DNA from: an uncultured Hyphomicrobiales bacterium
Lineage (GTDB): Bacteria; Pseudomonadota; Alphaproteobacteria; Rhizobiales; Amorphaceae
Length of the DNA stretch: 64,000 bases
NCBI GenBank assembly: GCA_964547415.1
Contig: CAZJNX010000002.1
Span: 66 to 64,065, forward strand
Reading direction: 5' to 3'
The position numbers were made by a program, and so were the translations under genes. Numbering within the stretch: position 1 is the first letter of the stretch; the number at the start of each line of letters is the position of its first letter. Positions 27,415-36,396 of this stretch are shown piece by piece. The notes under the pieces are model-generated. The model saw nothing but the letters and a program-made list of their open reading frames with translations. It was not told where the DNA came from and ran no database searches.

Positions 27415-28740
27415 ATGCCGAGCCGCATGACCCCGTCCCGCCTTGCCGCTGGCATCGCCGCCGCGGCGGGCTTCTTCCTCGCGACAACTGCCGGAGCCAA
27501 CGCCATCGAGATACAGCGCGTCACGAGCCCCACCGGCCTCGAGGCCTGGCTGGTGGAGGACTACACCGTCCCCCTCGTCGCCATGGACATCGCCTTCGAG
27601 GGGGCGGGCGCCGCCCAGGACCCGGCGGAGAAGGCGGGCCTCGCCAACATGGTCTCCGGCCTCCTCGACGAGGGGGCGGGCGAACTCGATTCGGCCGCCT
27701 TCCAGGAGACGCTGAAGGACGAGGCCATCCGCCTCAGCTTCGACGCGGGGCGCGACCACTTCTACGGCAACCTGACGGTGCTCTCGTCCAACGTGGACAA
27801 GGGCCTTCGGATGATGCGCCTGTCGCTGACCGAGCCGCGCTTCGACGCGGAGGCGGTGGAGCGGATCCGCGCCCAGGTGATCGCCGGCCTGCGCCGCGCC
27901 GACCGCGACCCGGACGACCGGGCCGCCCGCCTGTGGGCCCGCACCGCCTTCCCGGACCACCCCTACGGCCGCCCGCGCGAGGGCACGGAGGAGACGGTGG
28001 CGGCGATCGCCGCAGACGACCTGTCGGCCTTCGCCGCCCGCGCCTTTTCCCGCGACAACCTGGTGATCTCCGTCGTCGGCGCCATCGACGCGGAGACCCT
28101 CGGCCCCCTCCTCGACGAGACGTTCGGCGCCCTGCCGGAGACGGCCGACCTCTCCCCGGTGCCGCCGGTCTCGCCCGTCGAGGGCCTGACCGTGCGCGAG
28201 ACCCTGCCCGTCCCGCAGACGGCGGTCCGCTTCGGGATGGAAGGGCTCCTGCGGGACGACCCGGACTTCATCCCCGCCTTCGTGATGAACCACATCCTGG
28301 GCGGCGGCACTTTCTCGTCCTGGCTGTTCACCGAGGTGCGCGAGCAGCGCGGCCTCGCCTACTCGGTCTACTCCTACCTCGTCCCGTTCGAGGCGGCGGG
28401 CCTGTTCGGCGGCGGCACCAGCACCCGCGCGGACCGGGCCGACGAGGCGCTGGAGGTGATCCTCGCCGCGCTCGAGCGGATGGCGAGCGAGGGTCCCTCG
28501 CCGGAGGAGCTCGACAAGGCGAAGCGCTACCTCACGGGCGCCTATGCCCTGCGCTTCGGCTCCTCGGGCGGGATCGCCCGCCAGCTCCTCGGCATCCAGC
28601 TCGACGACCTCGGCATGGACTACGTCGACACCCGCAACGACAAGATCGAGGCGGTCACCCTCGAGGACGTCCGCCGCGCGGCGCGCCGCATCCTCGACGG
28701 CCAGCCGACCGTCGCCCTCGTCGGCCCCGGCGAGGCCTGA
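27415..28740 (+). CDS. M16-family peptidase, second (HxxEH-less) subunit
   Basis: ATG 27415. MPSRMTPSRLAAGIAAAAGFFLATTAGANA is a signal peptide. The rest has the M16 fold pattern without the zinc motif, which is typical of paired arrangements. Confidence 0.9.
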   Translation: MPSRMTPSRLAAGIAAAAGFFLATTAGANAIEIQRVTSPTGLEAWLVEDYTVPLVAMDIAFEGAGAAQDPAEKAGLANMVSGLLDEGAGELDSAAFQETLKDEAIRLSFDAGRDHFYGNLTVLSSNVDKGLRMMRLSLTEPRFDAEAVERIRAQVIAGLRRADRDPDDRAARLWARTAFPDHPYGRPREGTEETVAAIAADDLSAFAARAFSRDNLVISVVGAIDAETLGPLLDETFGALPETADLSPVPPVSPVEGLTVRETLPVPQTAVRFGMEGLLRDDPDFIPAFVMNHILGGGTFSSWLFTEVREQRGLAYSVYSYLVPFEAAGLFGGGTSTRADRADEALEVILAALERMASEGPSPEELDKAKRYLTGAYALRFGSSGGIARQLLGIQLDDLGMDYVDTRNDKIEAVTLEDVRRAARRILDGQPTVALVGPGEA

Positions 28741-29858
28741 CGCGTCGTCGGCCCGCGATGGCCGGCGGCCCCGTTGCCGCCGGCCCATGCCCCCGCCCAT
28801 GCGCCGGCCGGGACGACGGTGGCGGACGGAGCGTCGGGCCAGGCAGGACGAGGACGGGCAGCCCGTCGACGAGCGGCTTCGCGCCGGGCTCGGCGGACGT
28901 CCCCTCCCCCGCCCGGCCGGCGACCCCGTGCACCTCGCCGCCGAGGCGAACGGCCCGGCCCTCGCCGACGGCTTCGAGGCGGTTCCCCTCGCGCCACCCG
29001 GCGCGGGCGGCGCGGCCGTCCCCCTGTTCGTCGCCAGCCTGCCGCTGCAGGGGGTCCGCCAGGGGATGGTGGCGACCCGCGACGACGGCACGGTCGCCTG
29101 CGGGCCGGCCTGGACCGACCGGGGGGTGCAGCGGCACCGCGCGCACGGGCGACCGACCGCGGGGGGCGGGGACGTCTTCTTCGCGAACCGTCCCGGCACC
29201 CGCACGGAGGACACCGACGGCCTGCGCGACGTTGTCTTCCCGGACGGGGGACGCCCGGACGTCCCGACCCGGAGGCCGACGCATGGCTGCGGGTCCTCCA
29301 CGCGTGGGACTTCCTGTCCCGCCACGCCCGCGTCGACGCGGACGCCGGAGGCGCCTTCCAGGGGCGTCGCCCCGAGCCGCCCGGGGGCTGGTCGGGCCGG
29401 CCCCGACTGGTATCGCGCCATGTTTCTCGAGAGGGGCAGATCCGCCGCGGGGCCTGCAACGCCAAGGCGAACTTCTTCGGCATCTTCCTCGCGGCGGCGG
29501 GCCTCGGCCCCTTGGCGGCGGATCGTGGCGAGCGGCCATCGGGACGGCAACGGTGGCCGGGCGAGCCACGTCTCCAACGCCGTCCTCATCCGCGGGACCT
29601 GGCGCCGCCTCGACCTCGTCTTCGTCCACGCCTCGCCACGCCGGCGTCCTGCCCGCCCTCGACCGGACATGGAGCGGCCGGGCCCCATCCGGATGAACGT
29701 CGGCGTCCTGCCGACGGTCGAAACCCGCACCCCTTCGGCTGCCACCAGCCCCGCCACGTGAGGATGGTGACGGTCCCTCCGTTCCAGGCGCCCGCCGTCC
29801 CCCCTCCGCGGCGCGGACCCGTCCGAGGCGCCCGACTGGCTGCCCCGAGCCGCCTGCG
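28741..29858. other. 1.1-kb stretch with coding-like signal that alternates between plus frames 2 and 1 (probable multiply frameshifted gene)
   Basis: Frame 2, about 28845-29262: QDEDGQPVDERLRAGLGG...AVPLFVASLPLQGVRQGMVATRDDGTVACGPAWTDRG...DVFFANRPGTRTEDTDGLRDVVFPDG. Frame 1, about 29269-29365: PEADAWLRVLHAWDFLSRHARVDADAGGAFQG. Frame 2: GPDWYRAMFLERG. Frame 1: QIRRGACNAKANFFGIFLAAAGLGP. Frame 2: IVASGHRDGNGGRASHVSNAVLIRGTWRRLDLVFVHAS. Confidence 0.3.
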
Positions 29859-31682
29859 TCAGCCGACGATGGGGCGGGTGGCGGCCTCCAGGAAGGCGCG
29901 GACCGCGCCGTCCACCTCGCCGGAAAGGGCGCCGTAGACGCGGGCGTGGTAGCCGTCGAGCCAGGCGATCTCGGCCGGCGTCATGAGGTCGGTGAGGATC
30001 AGGCGGCGGTCGACGGGCGCGAGGGTCAGCGTCTCGAAGCCCAGCATCTCCCGTTCGCCGCCCGGCGGCACGGACGGCTCCGTCACGAGGACGAGGTTCT
30101 CGATCCGGATGCCGTAGCGGCCAGCGGCGTAAAAGCCGGGCTCGTTGGACAGGATCATGCCGGGCTCGAGCGCCGTGTGGCCGAGCTTCGAGATCCGCTG
30201 CGGCCCCTCGTGCACCGACAGGTACGAGCCGACCCCATGGCCCGTCCCGTGGTCGAAGTCGAGCCCGGCCCGCCACAGGTCGATCCGGGCGAGCGCGTCG
30301 AGCTGGGCGCCCGTCGTCCCCTTCGGAAAGCGGGCCGTGGCGATCGCGATGTGTCCCTTGAGGACGCGGGTGAAGCGGGCGGCCATCTCGGTCGTGGGCG
30401 GGCCCACGGCGATGGTGCGGGTGATGTCCGTCGTCCCGTCGGCGTACTGGCCGCCCGAATCGACGAGGAGGAGGTCGCCCGCCGCGACCGGCCGGCTCGT
30501 CTCCCGGTTCACCCGGTAGTGGACGATCGCCCCGTTCGGCCCGGCCCCCACGATGGAATCGAACGCGATCTCCCTGAGGAGCCCGGTGTCGCGGCGGAAG
30601 GCCTCGAGCCGCTCGGCGACGGCGATCTCGTCGAGGTCGCCCGCGGGCGCGGCCGCCTCCAGCCACGCGAGGAACCGCGCGAAGGCGACCCCGTCCCGCA
30701 GGTGGGCGGCCCGGGCGCCCGCTATCTCCACGGGGTTCTTCACCGCCTTCATGGCGGTGATCGGGTCCTTGCCCTCCACGATCGTCCCGCCCGCCGCCTC
30801 CACGGCCGCAAGAACCGCCTCGGGCGCCTCGGCGGGGTCGGCGAGGATGCGCGCCCCTTCGGCGCCCGCCGCCCGGAGCGCCGCCGGAAGGTCCTCCGGG
30901 GGGGCGATCTCCGCCGTCGCGCCGAGGCCCTCGCGAACCGCCGCCGGGACCCGGTCGGGGGCGACGTAGAGCGTCGCCCGGCCATCGGCGCGGACGACGG
31001 CGCGGGCGAGCACCACGGGCGTGTGGGCGACGTCGCAGCCGCGCACGTTGAACAGCCACGCCACGTTGTCGGTCGCCGTCACCACCGCCATGTCGGCGCC
31101 CGCGGCCGCGATCGCCGCCTTCGCCGCGAGGATCTTCTCAGCCGCGGCCTTGCCGGCATGTTCGACCGGGTGCGCCTCGACCGGGCCGGACGGGGGCGCT
31201 GGCCGGTCGCCCCAGACGCGATCCACCGGGTTGTCCGGCACCGGCACGAGCAGCGCCCCCGCCTTTTCGAGGGCGGCGGCGAAGCGCCGTACCTCCGCCC
31301 GGGTGTGGAGCGCCGGATCGTAGCCGACGGCGGCCCCCTCGCCGACGGCGCCCGCCAGCCACTCGGACGGCTTGTTGGCGGTCACGTCGACGATCTCGAA
31401 GAGGGTGCCGTCCACCTCCGTCGCGGCCTGGAGGGTGTAGCGCCCGTCGACGAACAGGACCGCGCGGTCGGCGAGGACGACGGCGAGGCCCGCCGAGCCG
31501 GTGAAGCCAGTCACGAAGGCGAGCCGCTCGGCGCACGGGGGCAGGTACTCGCCCTGGTACTCGTCCGAATGGGGCACGATCAGGGCGTGGACGCCCGCTT
31601 CGGTCATCAGCGCCCGGAGCGCGGCGAGGCGGGCGGGGATCTCGCCGCCGCCCCCGCGGGGCGGGTCGAAGGACTGGAACAT
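29859..31682 (-). CDS. Aminopeptidase P family (M24B Xaa-Pro aminopeptidase-like) protein
   Basis: ATG 31682. The sequence MFQSFDPP...VPHSDEYQGEYLP...FDSIVGAGPNGAIVHYR...LVDSGGQY.DGTTDITRT...HGTGHGVGSYLSVHEGP...SNEPGFY fits the family. Confidence 0.9.
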   Translation of the reverse strand: MFQSFDPPRGGGGEIPARLAALRALMTEAGVHALIVPHSDEYQGEYLPPCAERLAFVTGFTGSAGLAVVLADRAVLFVDGRYTLQAATEVDGTLFEIVDVTANKPSEWLAGAVGEGAAVGYDPALHTRAEVRRFAAALEKAGALLVPVPDNPVDRVWGDRPAPPSGPVEAHPVEHAGKAAAEKILAAKAAIAAAGADMAVVTATDNVAWLFNVRGCDVAHTPVVLARAVVRADGRATLYVAPDRVPAAVREGLGATAEIAPPEDLPAALRAAGAEGARILADPAEAPEAVLAAVEAAGGTIVEGKDPITAMKAVKNPVEIAGARAAHLRDGVAFARFLAWLEAAAPAGDLDEIAVAERLEAFRRDTGLLREIAFDSIVGAGPNGAIVHYRVNRETSRPVAAGDLLLVDSGGQYADGTTDITRTIAVGPPTTEMAARFTRVLKGHIAIATARFPKGTTGAQLDALARIDLWRAGLDFDHGTGHGVGSYLSVHEGPQRISKLGHTALEPGMILSNEPGFYAAGRYGIRIENLVLVTEPSVPPGGEREMLGFETLTLAPVDRRLILTDLMTPAEIAWLDGYHARVYGALSGEVDGAVRAFLEAATRPIVG

Positions 31683-31975
31683 GGAGCGGGTCCTCCCGGC
31701 TTCTTCCCGTCTGCCGCCGGGCCGTCCGGCGCGCGCCCTTTCCCTAGGGGATTTCGTCGCCCCGTGCACGCCCGCCCGGCCGCGCGCGGGACCCGGCCAT
31801 GCTGCATTGCACAAGGAGGGCCGCAGGGTTGCGCCCGCCGTCGTTGTTCGACCCGGCGCGCGGGCTATCTGGGATGGCAGAACATCGGCGGCGCCGTGGA
31901 GATGGACGCCCGCGGCCCGCCTCCTGGTGCAGCGCGAAGACGCGCCTGCTGCACCGCAACGCGAAAGGGAACACC

Positions 31976-32200
31976 ATGGCCCGCTCCACCACCGCCTCCG
32001 ACTTCCGCATCACCGGCTCCGAACGGGAGGAGGGGATCCTCCAGCGCATCGGCCGGCGCATCGTCGCCGCCCGCCAGGACCAGGCCCGGCGCGCGGTGAA
32101 CGTCTACCTCCTGTCGCTCGACGACGAGACGCTCGCCCGCCTCGGCTACGACCGCCGGGAGCTCGAGAACACCACCCCTGGCGGCTACCCCTTCATCTGA
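31976..32200 (+). CDS. DUF1127-like small protein (74 aa)
   Basis: MARSTTASDFRITG...VNVYLLSLDDETLARLGYDRRELE resembles the DUF1127 C-terminal motif. An AAGGGA Shine-Dalgarno precedes the start. Confidence 0.6.
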   Translation: MARSTTASDFRITGSEREEGILQRIGRRIVAARQDQARRAVNVYLLSLDDETLARLGYDRRELENTTPGGYPFI

Positions 32201-32326
32201 CCCCGGTTCCGCCGCCATGGCGGCGGACGGCCGGCCGGGCCGGCGGACGCGGATCCGCCCGCATTTCGCTCGATCCCGCGGTCCCGCCGGTGCGCTGACG
32301 GGACCTGCTGAGCCGCCCCGCGGGGT

Positions 32327-32779
32327 TCAGCCGCCGGACGTGTCCTTCATGTGGGCGGCGATCTGGCGGGTGAGGTCCCGGGCGAAGTGCAGCGCACGGC
32401 GCGTCGGCATGCGCAGGGTGAGCTGCTCCTGCCCGTCGCGGCTCAGGTGGACGACGAACGGCTCGCCCTCAGCGGCGGGCGGCTCCACCGAGGCGGCGTC
32501 GGCCTCCACCTCCCCGCCCGACAGGCTCGCTTCCGTCACGATGTCGACGCCCGCGCCAGACGGGGGCATCTGGGCGAGGAAGAGGGCCGCCGCCCGCTCC
32601 GCATCCTCCCGCGACAGGGACAGGGCCAGCGGCCCGCCCCCCGCGTGCACCACGAGGACGAGCCGCCCGTCGGCCGTCATCCCCCCGTCGAGGACGCCGT
32701 CCACGTGGAAGCCCTCCACCTCGCGGGTGTCGTCCTCCGCCTCGCCGTTCGCGCCCGCGTTGCCGTCGGCCCCGCCCAT
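32327..32779 (-). CDS. Hypothetical acidic protein (150 aa) with two similar halves
   Basis: ATG 32779 with a GGGAGG Shine-Dalgarno. The halves are EVEGFHVDG...LVLVVHAGGGPLALSLSREDAERAAALFLAQM and EVEADAAS...PFVVHLSRDGQEQLTLRMPTRRALHFARDLTRQIAAHM. Confidence 0.55.
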   Translation of the reverse strand: MGGADGNAGANGEAEDDTREVEGFHVDGVLDGGMTADGRLVLVVHAGGGPLALSLSREDAERAAALFLAQMPPSGAGVDIVTEASLSGGEVEADAASVEPPAAEGEPFVVHLSRDGQEQLTLRMPTRRALHFARDLTRQIAAHMKDTSGG

Positions 32780-32927
32780 GCCAGCCTCCCTGGTGCGTCC
32801 GCGGCCCCCCGGCCGCCCGATCCGACCGCCCGCATAGCACGTTCCCCCTCCACCCGACACCCGCGGGGCCTGTTGACCGTGACGCCGCGGCCGCGCAGGA
32901 CAGCGGCGGGAGGACGGAGAGGCTTCG

Positions 32928-34199
32928 ATGGCGAACGGCGACGAGAAGGGCAGGGCGCGCTGGAGGGCTGGGATCGTCTGCGCGCTTCTTCTCGCGGCGG
33001 CGGCGCTCGCGGTCGCCGCCGAGGCCGACGTCCCGCCCGCGACGGACGTTCTCGCGGCGGAGGACGCGGCGGGGCGCGCAGCCGGGGAGAACGCCGCGCC
33101 GGACACCGGCCCCCATCCGCCGGGCGCGGCGCCGGCCGCGGAGGAGGAGCACCCGCCCACGCTGGCGCAGCTGTGCTCCCTCGCCTCGGACGCGGCGCGC
33201 CGCCACGGCGTGCCCCACGACTTCTTCGTCCGTCTGATCTTCCAGGAGAGCCGGTTCGACCCCCACGCGGTGAGCCCGGTGGGCGCCCGGGGCATCGCCC
33301 AGTTCATGCCCTACACCGCCCGGGAGCGGGGGCTTCACGACGCCTTCGACCCGGCGGCGGCCCTGCCGGCCTCGGCCGCCTTCCTCGCCGAGCTCCACGA
33401 GCGCTTCGGCAACTGGGGTCTCGCCGCGGCGGGCTACAACGGCGGGCCCAACCGGGTCTCCCGCTGGCTGGACGGGCGGATCGGGCGCCTGCCGGGCGAG
33501 ACCATCGCCTACGTCCACACCATCACCGGCCGCACGGTGGAGGAGTGGAAGGGCGAGGTGGAAGCCCTGCGCCTCGCCGCCCGCACCCCGGCCACGATCC
33601 CCCTGCCCGCCCCGGCCGCGCTCGCCGTCCGCCGCGCCGCGCCCCGCCACGCTGCGGACGCCGCCGCCCCGCCGGCGGACCTCGGCCCGGGCGCCCCCGG
33701 CGGCCGGCGGGCGGCGAACCTGTTCGCGCCGACGCGCCCTCCCCTGCCGGCCCCCCGGCCCGCGCCGGACCGGCCGACCATCGCCGAGGCCGCGCCGGCG
33801 CCGCCCGTTCCGGCGCCCGCCGTGCCGCGGCCGCGCCCGGAGCGGACCGTCGGGCCGAGCGACTGCGTCGGCCTCGTCGTCATGCTCGGCACCCACCGCG
33901 TGTCGCCGCGGCCGCCGGGGGGCGGGGCCTTCGCCAGCGGGGCGAGCCCATGGGGGGCGCAGGTGGCCGGTCACCCGAAGCGGCACGTGGCCATGCGCCA
34001 GTACGAGCGGCTGCGCGGCCGCCTTCCGGCGGATCTCCGGGCGAAGGCGCCCGGCATCGTCGTGCGCCGCTTCGCCGCCCGCGGGCGCATGCCGATCCAC
34101 GCCGTGCAATTCGCCGCCGACAGCCGCACGGCCGCCGCCGCAACCTGCCGGCGCATCGCGGCAGCCCGCCTGCCGTGCGTGGTCGTGCGCAACCGCTGA
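32928..34199 (+). CDS. Lytic transglycosylase (SLT domain) with Pro/Ala-rich linker and C-terminal SPOR-like domain
   Basis: It has a signal/TM segment, then the SLT motifs FVRLIFQESRFDPHAVSPVGARGIAQFMPYTA...AAGYNGGPNRV. The C-terminal part GAQVAGHPKRHVAMRQYERLR...AVQFAADSRTAAAATCRRI is SPOR-like. Confidence 0.8.
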   Translation: MANGDEKGRARWRAGIVCALLLAAAALAVAAEADVPPATDVLAAEDAAGRAAGENAAPDTGPHPPGAAPAAEEEHPPTLAQLCSLASDAARRHGVPHDFFVRLIFQESRFDPHAVSPVGARGIAQFMPYTARERGLHDAFDPAAALPASAAFLAELHERFGNWGLAAAGYNGGPNRVSRWLDGRIGRLPGETIAYVHTITGRTVEEWKGEVEALRLAARTPATIPLPAPAALAVRRAAPRHAADAAAPPADLGPGAPGGRRAANLFAPTRPPLPAPRPAPDRPTIAEAAPAPPVPAPAVPRPRPERTVGPSDCVGLVVMLGTHRVSPRPPGGGAFASGASPWGAQVAGHPKRHVAMRQYERLRGRLPADLRAKAPGIVVRRFAARGRMPIHAVQFAADSRTAAAATCRRIAAARLPCVVVRNR

Positions 34200-34368
34200 C
34201 CGTCCCGGCCCCGCTTGCCGGGCCGGGGGCACCATGCCGCGCGAGGCGGCCCCGCGTGACGCAATCCGCCGTGCGTTCCGCGCCCCGCGCGCCTATCGTG
34301 CCGGGATGGCCCCGCGCGCCGACCGCCGCCGCGCGCCGCCCCGCTCCGCCGCGAAGGACGCGACCGCC

Positions 34369-35640
34369 ATGGCCGAAGCCGCACGCCCCCTCGACGCCGC
34401 CGCCAGAGCCCCCCTCGAGCTGCCGGACCTCGCCGCCATCGAGGACGCCGCGAGGATCCTGGAAGGTGGCATCGTGAAGACGCCCTTCCTCCCGGCCGAC
34501 CGCCTGTCCCGGGCGACCGGCGCGCGCCTGTCCGTCAAGTACGAGAACATGCAGGCGACCGGCTCCTTCAAGGACCGGGGCGCCCTCGTGAAGCTCACCG
34601 GCCTTTCCGCGGCGGACCGGCGGCGCGGCGTCATCGCCATGTCCGCCGGCAACCACGCCCAGGCCGTCGCCTACCACGCCCGGCGCCTTTCGATCCCCGC
34701 CACCATCGTGATGCCGGAGGACACCCCCTTCGTGAAGGTGGCCGCCACCCGCGCCCACGGGGCGAACGTGGTCCTGTCGGGCGAGACCCTGGCCGAGGCC
34801 CAGACCGAGGCCGAGCGCCTCGGCGCCGAGAGGGACCTCGTCCTCATCCACCCCTACGACGACTACGACGTGATCCGCGGCCAGGGCACGATCGCCCTCG
34901 AGATGCTGGCCGAGCGGCCCGACCTCGAGACCCTCGTGGTGCCGGTCGGCGGGGGCGGGCTGATCTCGGGCATCGCGATCGCGGCGAAGGCGATCCGGCC
35001 GGAGATCCGCGTCATCGGGGTGGAGACGGCGCTCTACCCGTCCATGTGGGCGGCCCTGCGCGGGGAGACGGGGCGGTGCGGCGGGTCCACCCTCGCCGAA
35101 GGCATCGCGGTGAAGAACTGCGGGCGCCTCACGCTGGAGGCGGTGCGCCGCCACGTGGACGACATCATCCTCGTCGACGAGCCGGCCATCGAGCAGGCCG
35201 TCAACGCCTATCTGACGCTCCAGAAGACGATGGCCGAGGGGGCGGGCGCGGCGGGCCTCGCCGCCATCCTGATGGCGCGGGAGCGCTTTCTGGGGGCGGA
35301 TTGCGGCCTCGTCCTGTGCGGGGGCAACATCGACCCGCGCATCCTCGCCTCCATCATGGTGCGCGAGCTCGCCCGCGAGCGGCGGATCGTGTCGATCCGC
35401 GTCATCATCCACGACAAGCCCGGGGTGCTCGCCCGCCTCGCCGCCACCATCGGGGACCTCGGCGGCAACATCCTCGAGGTGTCCCACCACCGCCTCCTCC
35501 TCAACGTGCCCGCCAAGGGGACGAGCGTCGACTTCACCATCGAGACGCGCGACGCGGTCCACGCCGCGGAGATCATCGCCGCCATCGAGGCGGCGGGCTT
35601 CTCGGTGAAGACGCTGGACGTGGCGGGCTCGCGCTTCTGA
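34369..35640 (+). CDS. ilvA: Threonine ammonia-lyase (PLP-dependent, with C-terminal ACT-like regulatory domain)
   Basis: ...KYENMQATGSFKDRGA...SAGNHAQAVAY...VPVGGGGLISG... The C-terminal part is RIVSIRVIIHDKPGVLARL.... Alternative upstream starts are at 34306 and 34234. Confidence 0.9.
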   Translation: MAEAARPLDAAARAPLELPDLAAIEDAARILEGGIVKTPFLPADRLSRATGARLSVKYENMQATGSFKDRGALVKLTGLSAADRRRGVIAMSAGNHAQAVAYHARRLSIPATIVMPEDTPFVKVAATRAHGANVVLSGETLAEAQTEAERLGAERDLVLIHPYDDYDVIRGQGTIALEMLAERPDLETLVVPVGGGGLISGIAIAAKAIRPEIRVIGVETALYPSMWAALRGETGRCGGSTLAEGIAVKNCGRLTLEAVRRHVDDIILVDEPAIEQAVNAYLTLQKTMAEGAGAAGLAAILMARERFLGADCGLVLCGGNIDPRILASIMVRELARERRIVSIRVIIHDKPGVLARLAATIGDLGGNILEVSHHRLLLNVPAKGTSVDFTIETRDAVHAAEIIAAIEAAGFSVKTLDVAGSRF

Positions 35641-35733
35641 AGGAGCGGCCTCGCGGCGGGCGGCGGTTCACACCGGCCCGCGGGCTTCCTATGTGGCTGT
35701 CATGACGAACAACCACCTTCCGGACGCGCCCCG

Positions 35734-36226
35734 ATGACCACCCTCGAGCCCCGCTTCAACGCCCTCGACCCGGCGGTCAACCCGGCGCTCTACGCCTCGG
35801 TGCGCACCCGCCGCTCCATCGCCTTCCTGGTGGACGTGGTGCACCACCGTCTTGATGGCCGTCGCCGCCGTCGTCATCTTCCTCCTCGGGATCGTGACGC
35901 TCGGCCTCGGCTGGCTCCTCTACGCCATCCTTTGGCCCGCCATCGCCATCCTCTACTACGCCTTCTCCTTCGGCGGCGGCGTGCCGCAGACGCCGGGGAT
36001 GCAGGTGACGGGCCTCGAATTGCGCATGTGGTACGGCGAGACGCCCGAACTCCTCATCGGCATCGCCCACCCGATCCTGTTCTACGCCTCGGTGAGCTTC
36101 CTGACCCCCTTCATCGTCCTCGTCTCCCTGCTGTCGCCGAGGAAGCGACTCCTCCACGACATCGTCCTCGGCACGGTCGTCGTGGACAGCGCCGCCTTCC
36201 GCCGCGTCGTCGCCCTCGCGCCCTGA
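35734..36226 (+). pseudogene. RDD-family membrane protein with a 1-nt frameshift near 35839-35851
   Basis: The N-terminus is in frame 1: MTTLEPRFNALDPAVNPALYASVRTRRSIAFLVDVV, including the RDD-family R..A..vD motif. The remainder is in frame 2: TTVLMAVAAVVIFLLGIVTLGLGWLLYAILWPAIAILYYAFSFGG...RKRLLHDIVLGTVVV. Confidence 0.7.
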
Positions 36227-36396
36227 CCGGCCCGGGCGGGGCGGCGGCCACGCCTTGCGTCGGCGCCGGCGACTGACTAGAGCGCTTCATCCATGACGCT
36301 CCGGGGCCCCTTGCCGCCGTCCCCGGCGGCGGACGGGTCCGCGGGCACCGGCCGGTCGCCACGCGGGCGGCGCCGGAGCGGCGGCGGAGGCAGCGG

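Noticed and set aside
26881-31059. Giant ORFs in the track. Examples: 1392 aa on the minus strand at 26881-31059, 1374 aa at 56941-61065, 1014 aa at 43693-46737, 865 aa at 8037-10634, 769 aa at 5837-8146, and 1291 aa at 20217-24092 upstream of 22719.
   Set aside because: They are Arg/Pro/Gly/Ala-rich low-complexity translations. They run antisense to, or out of frame with, genes that have clear family signatures (M16 peptidases, aminopeptidase P, HWE kinase, P-type ATPase, otsA). Long stop-free shadow frames are expected at about 70% GC.
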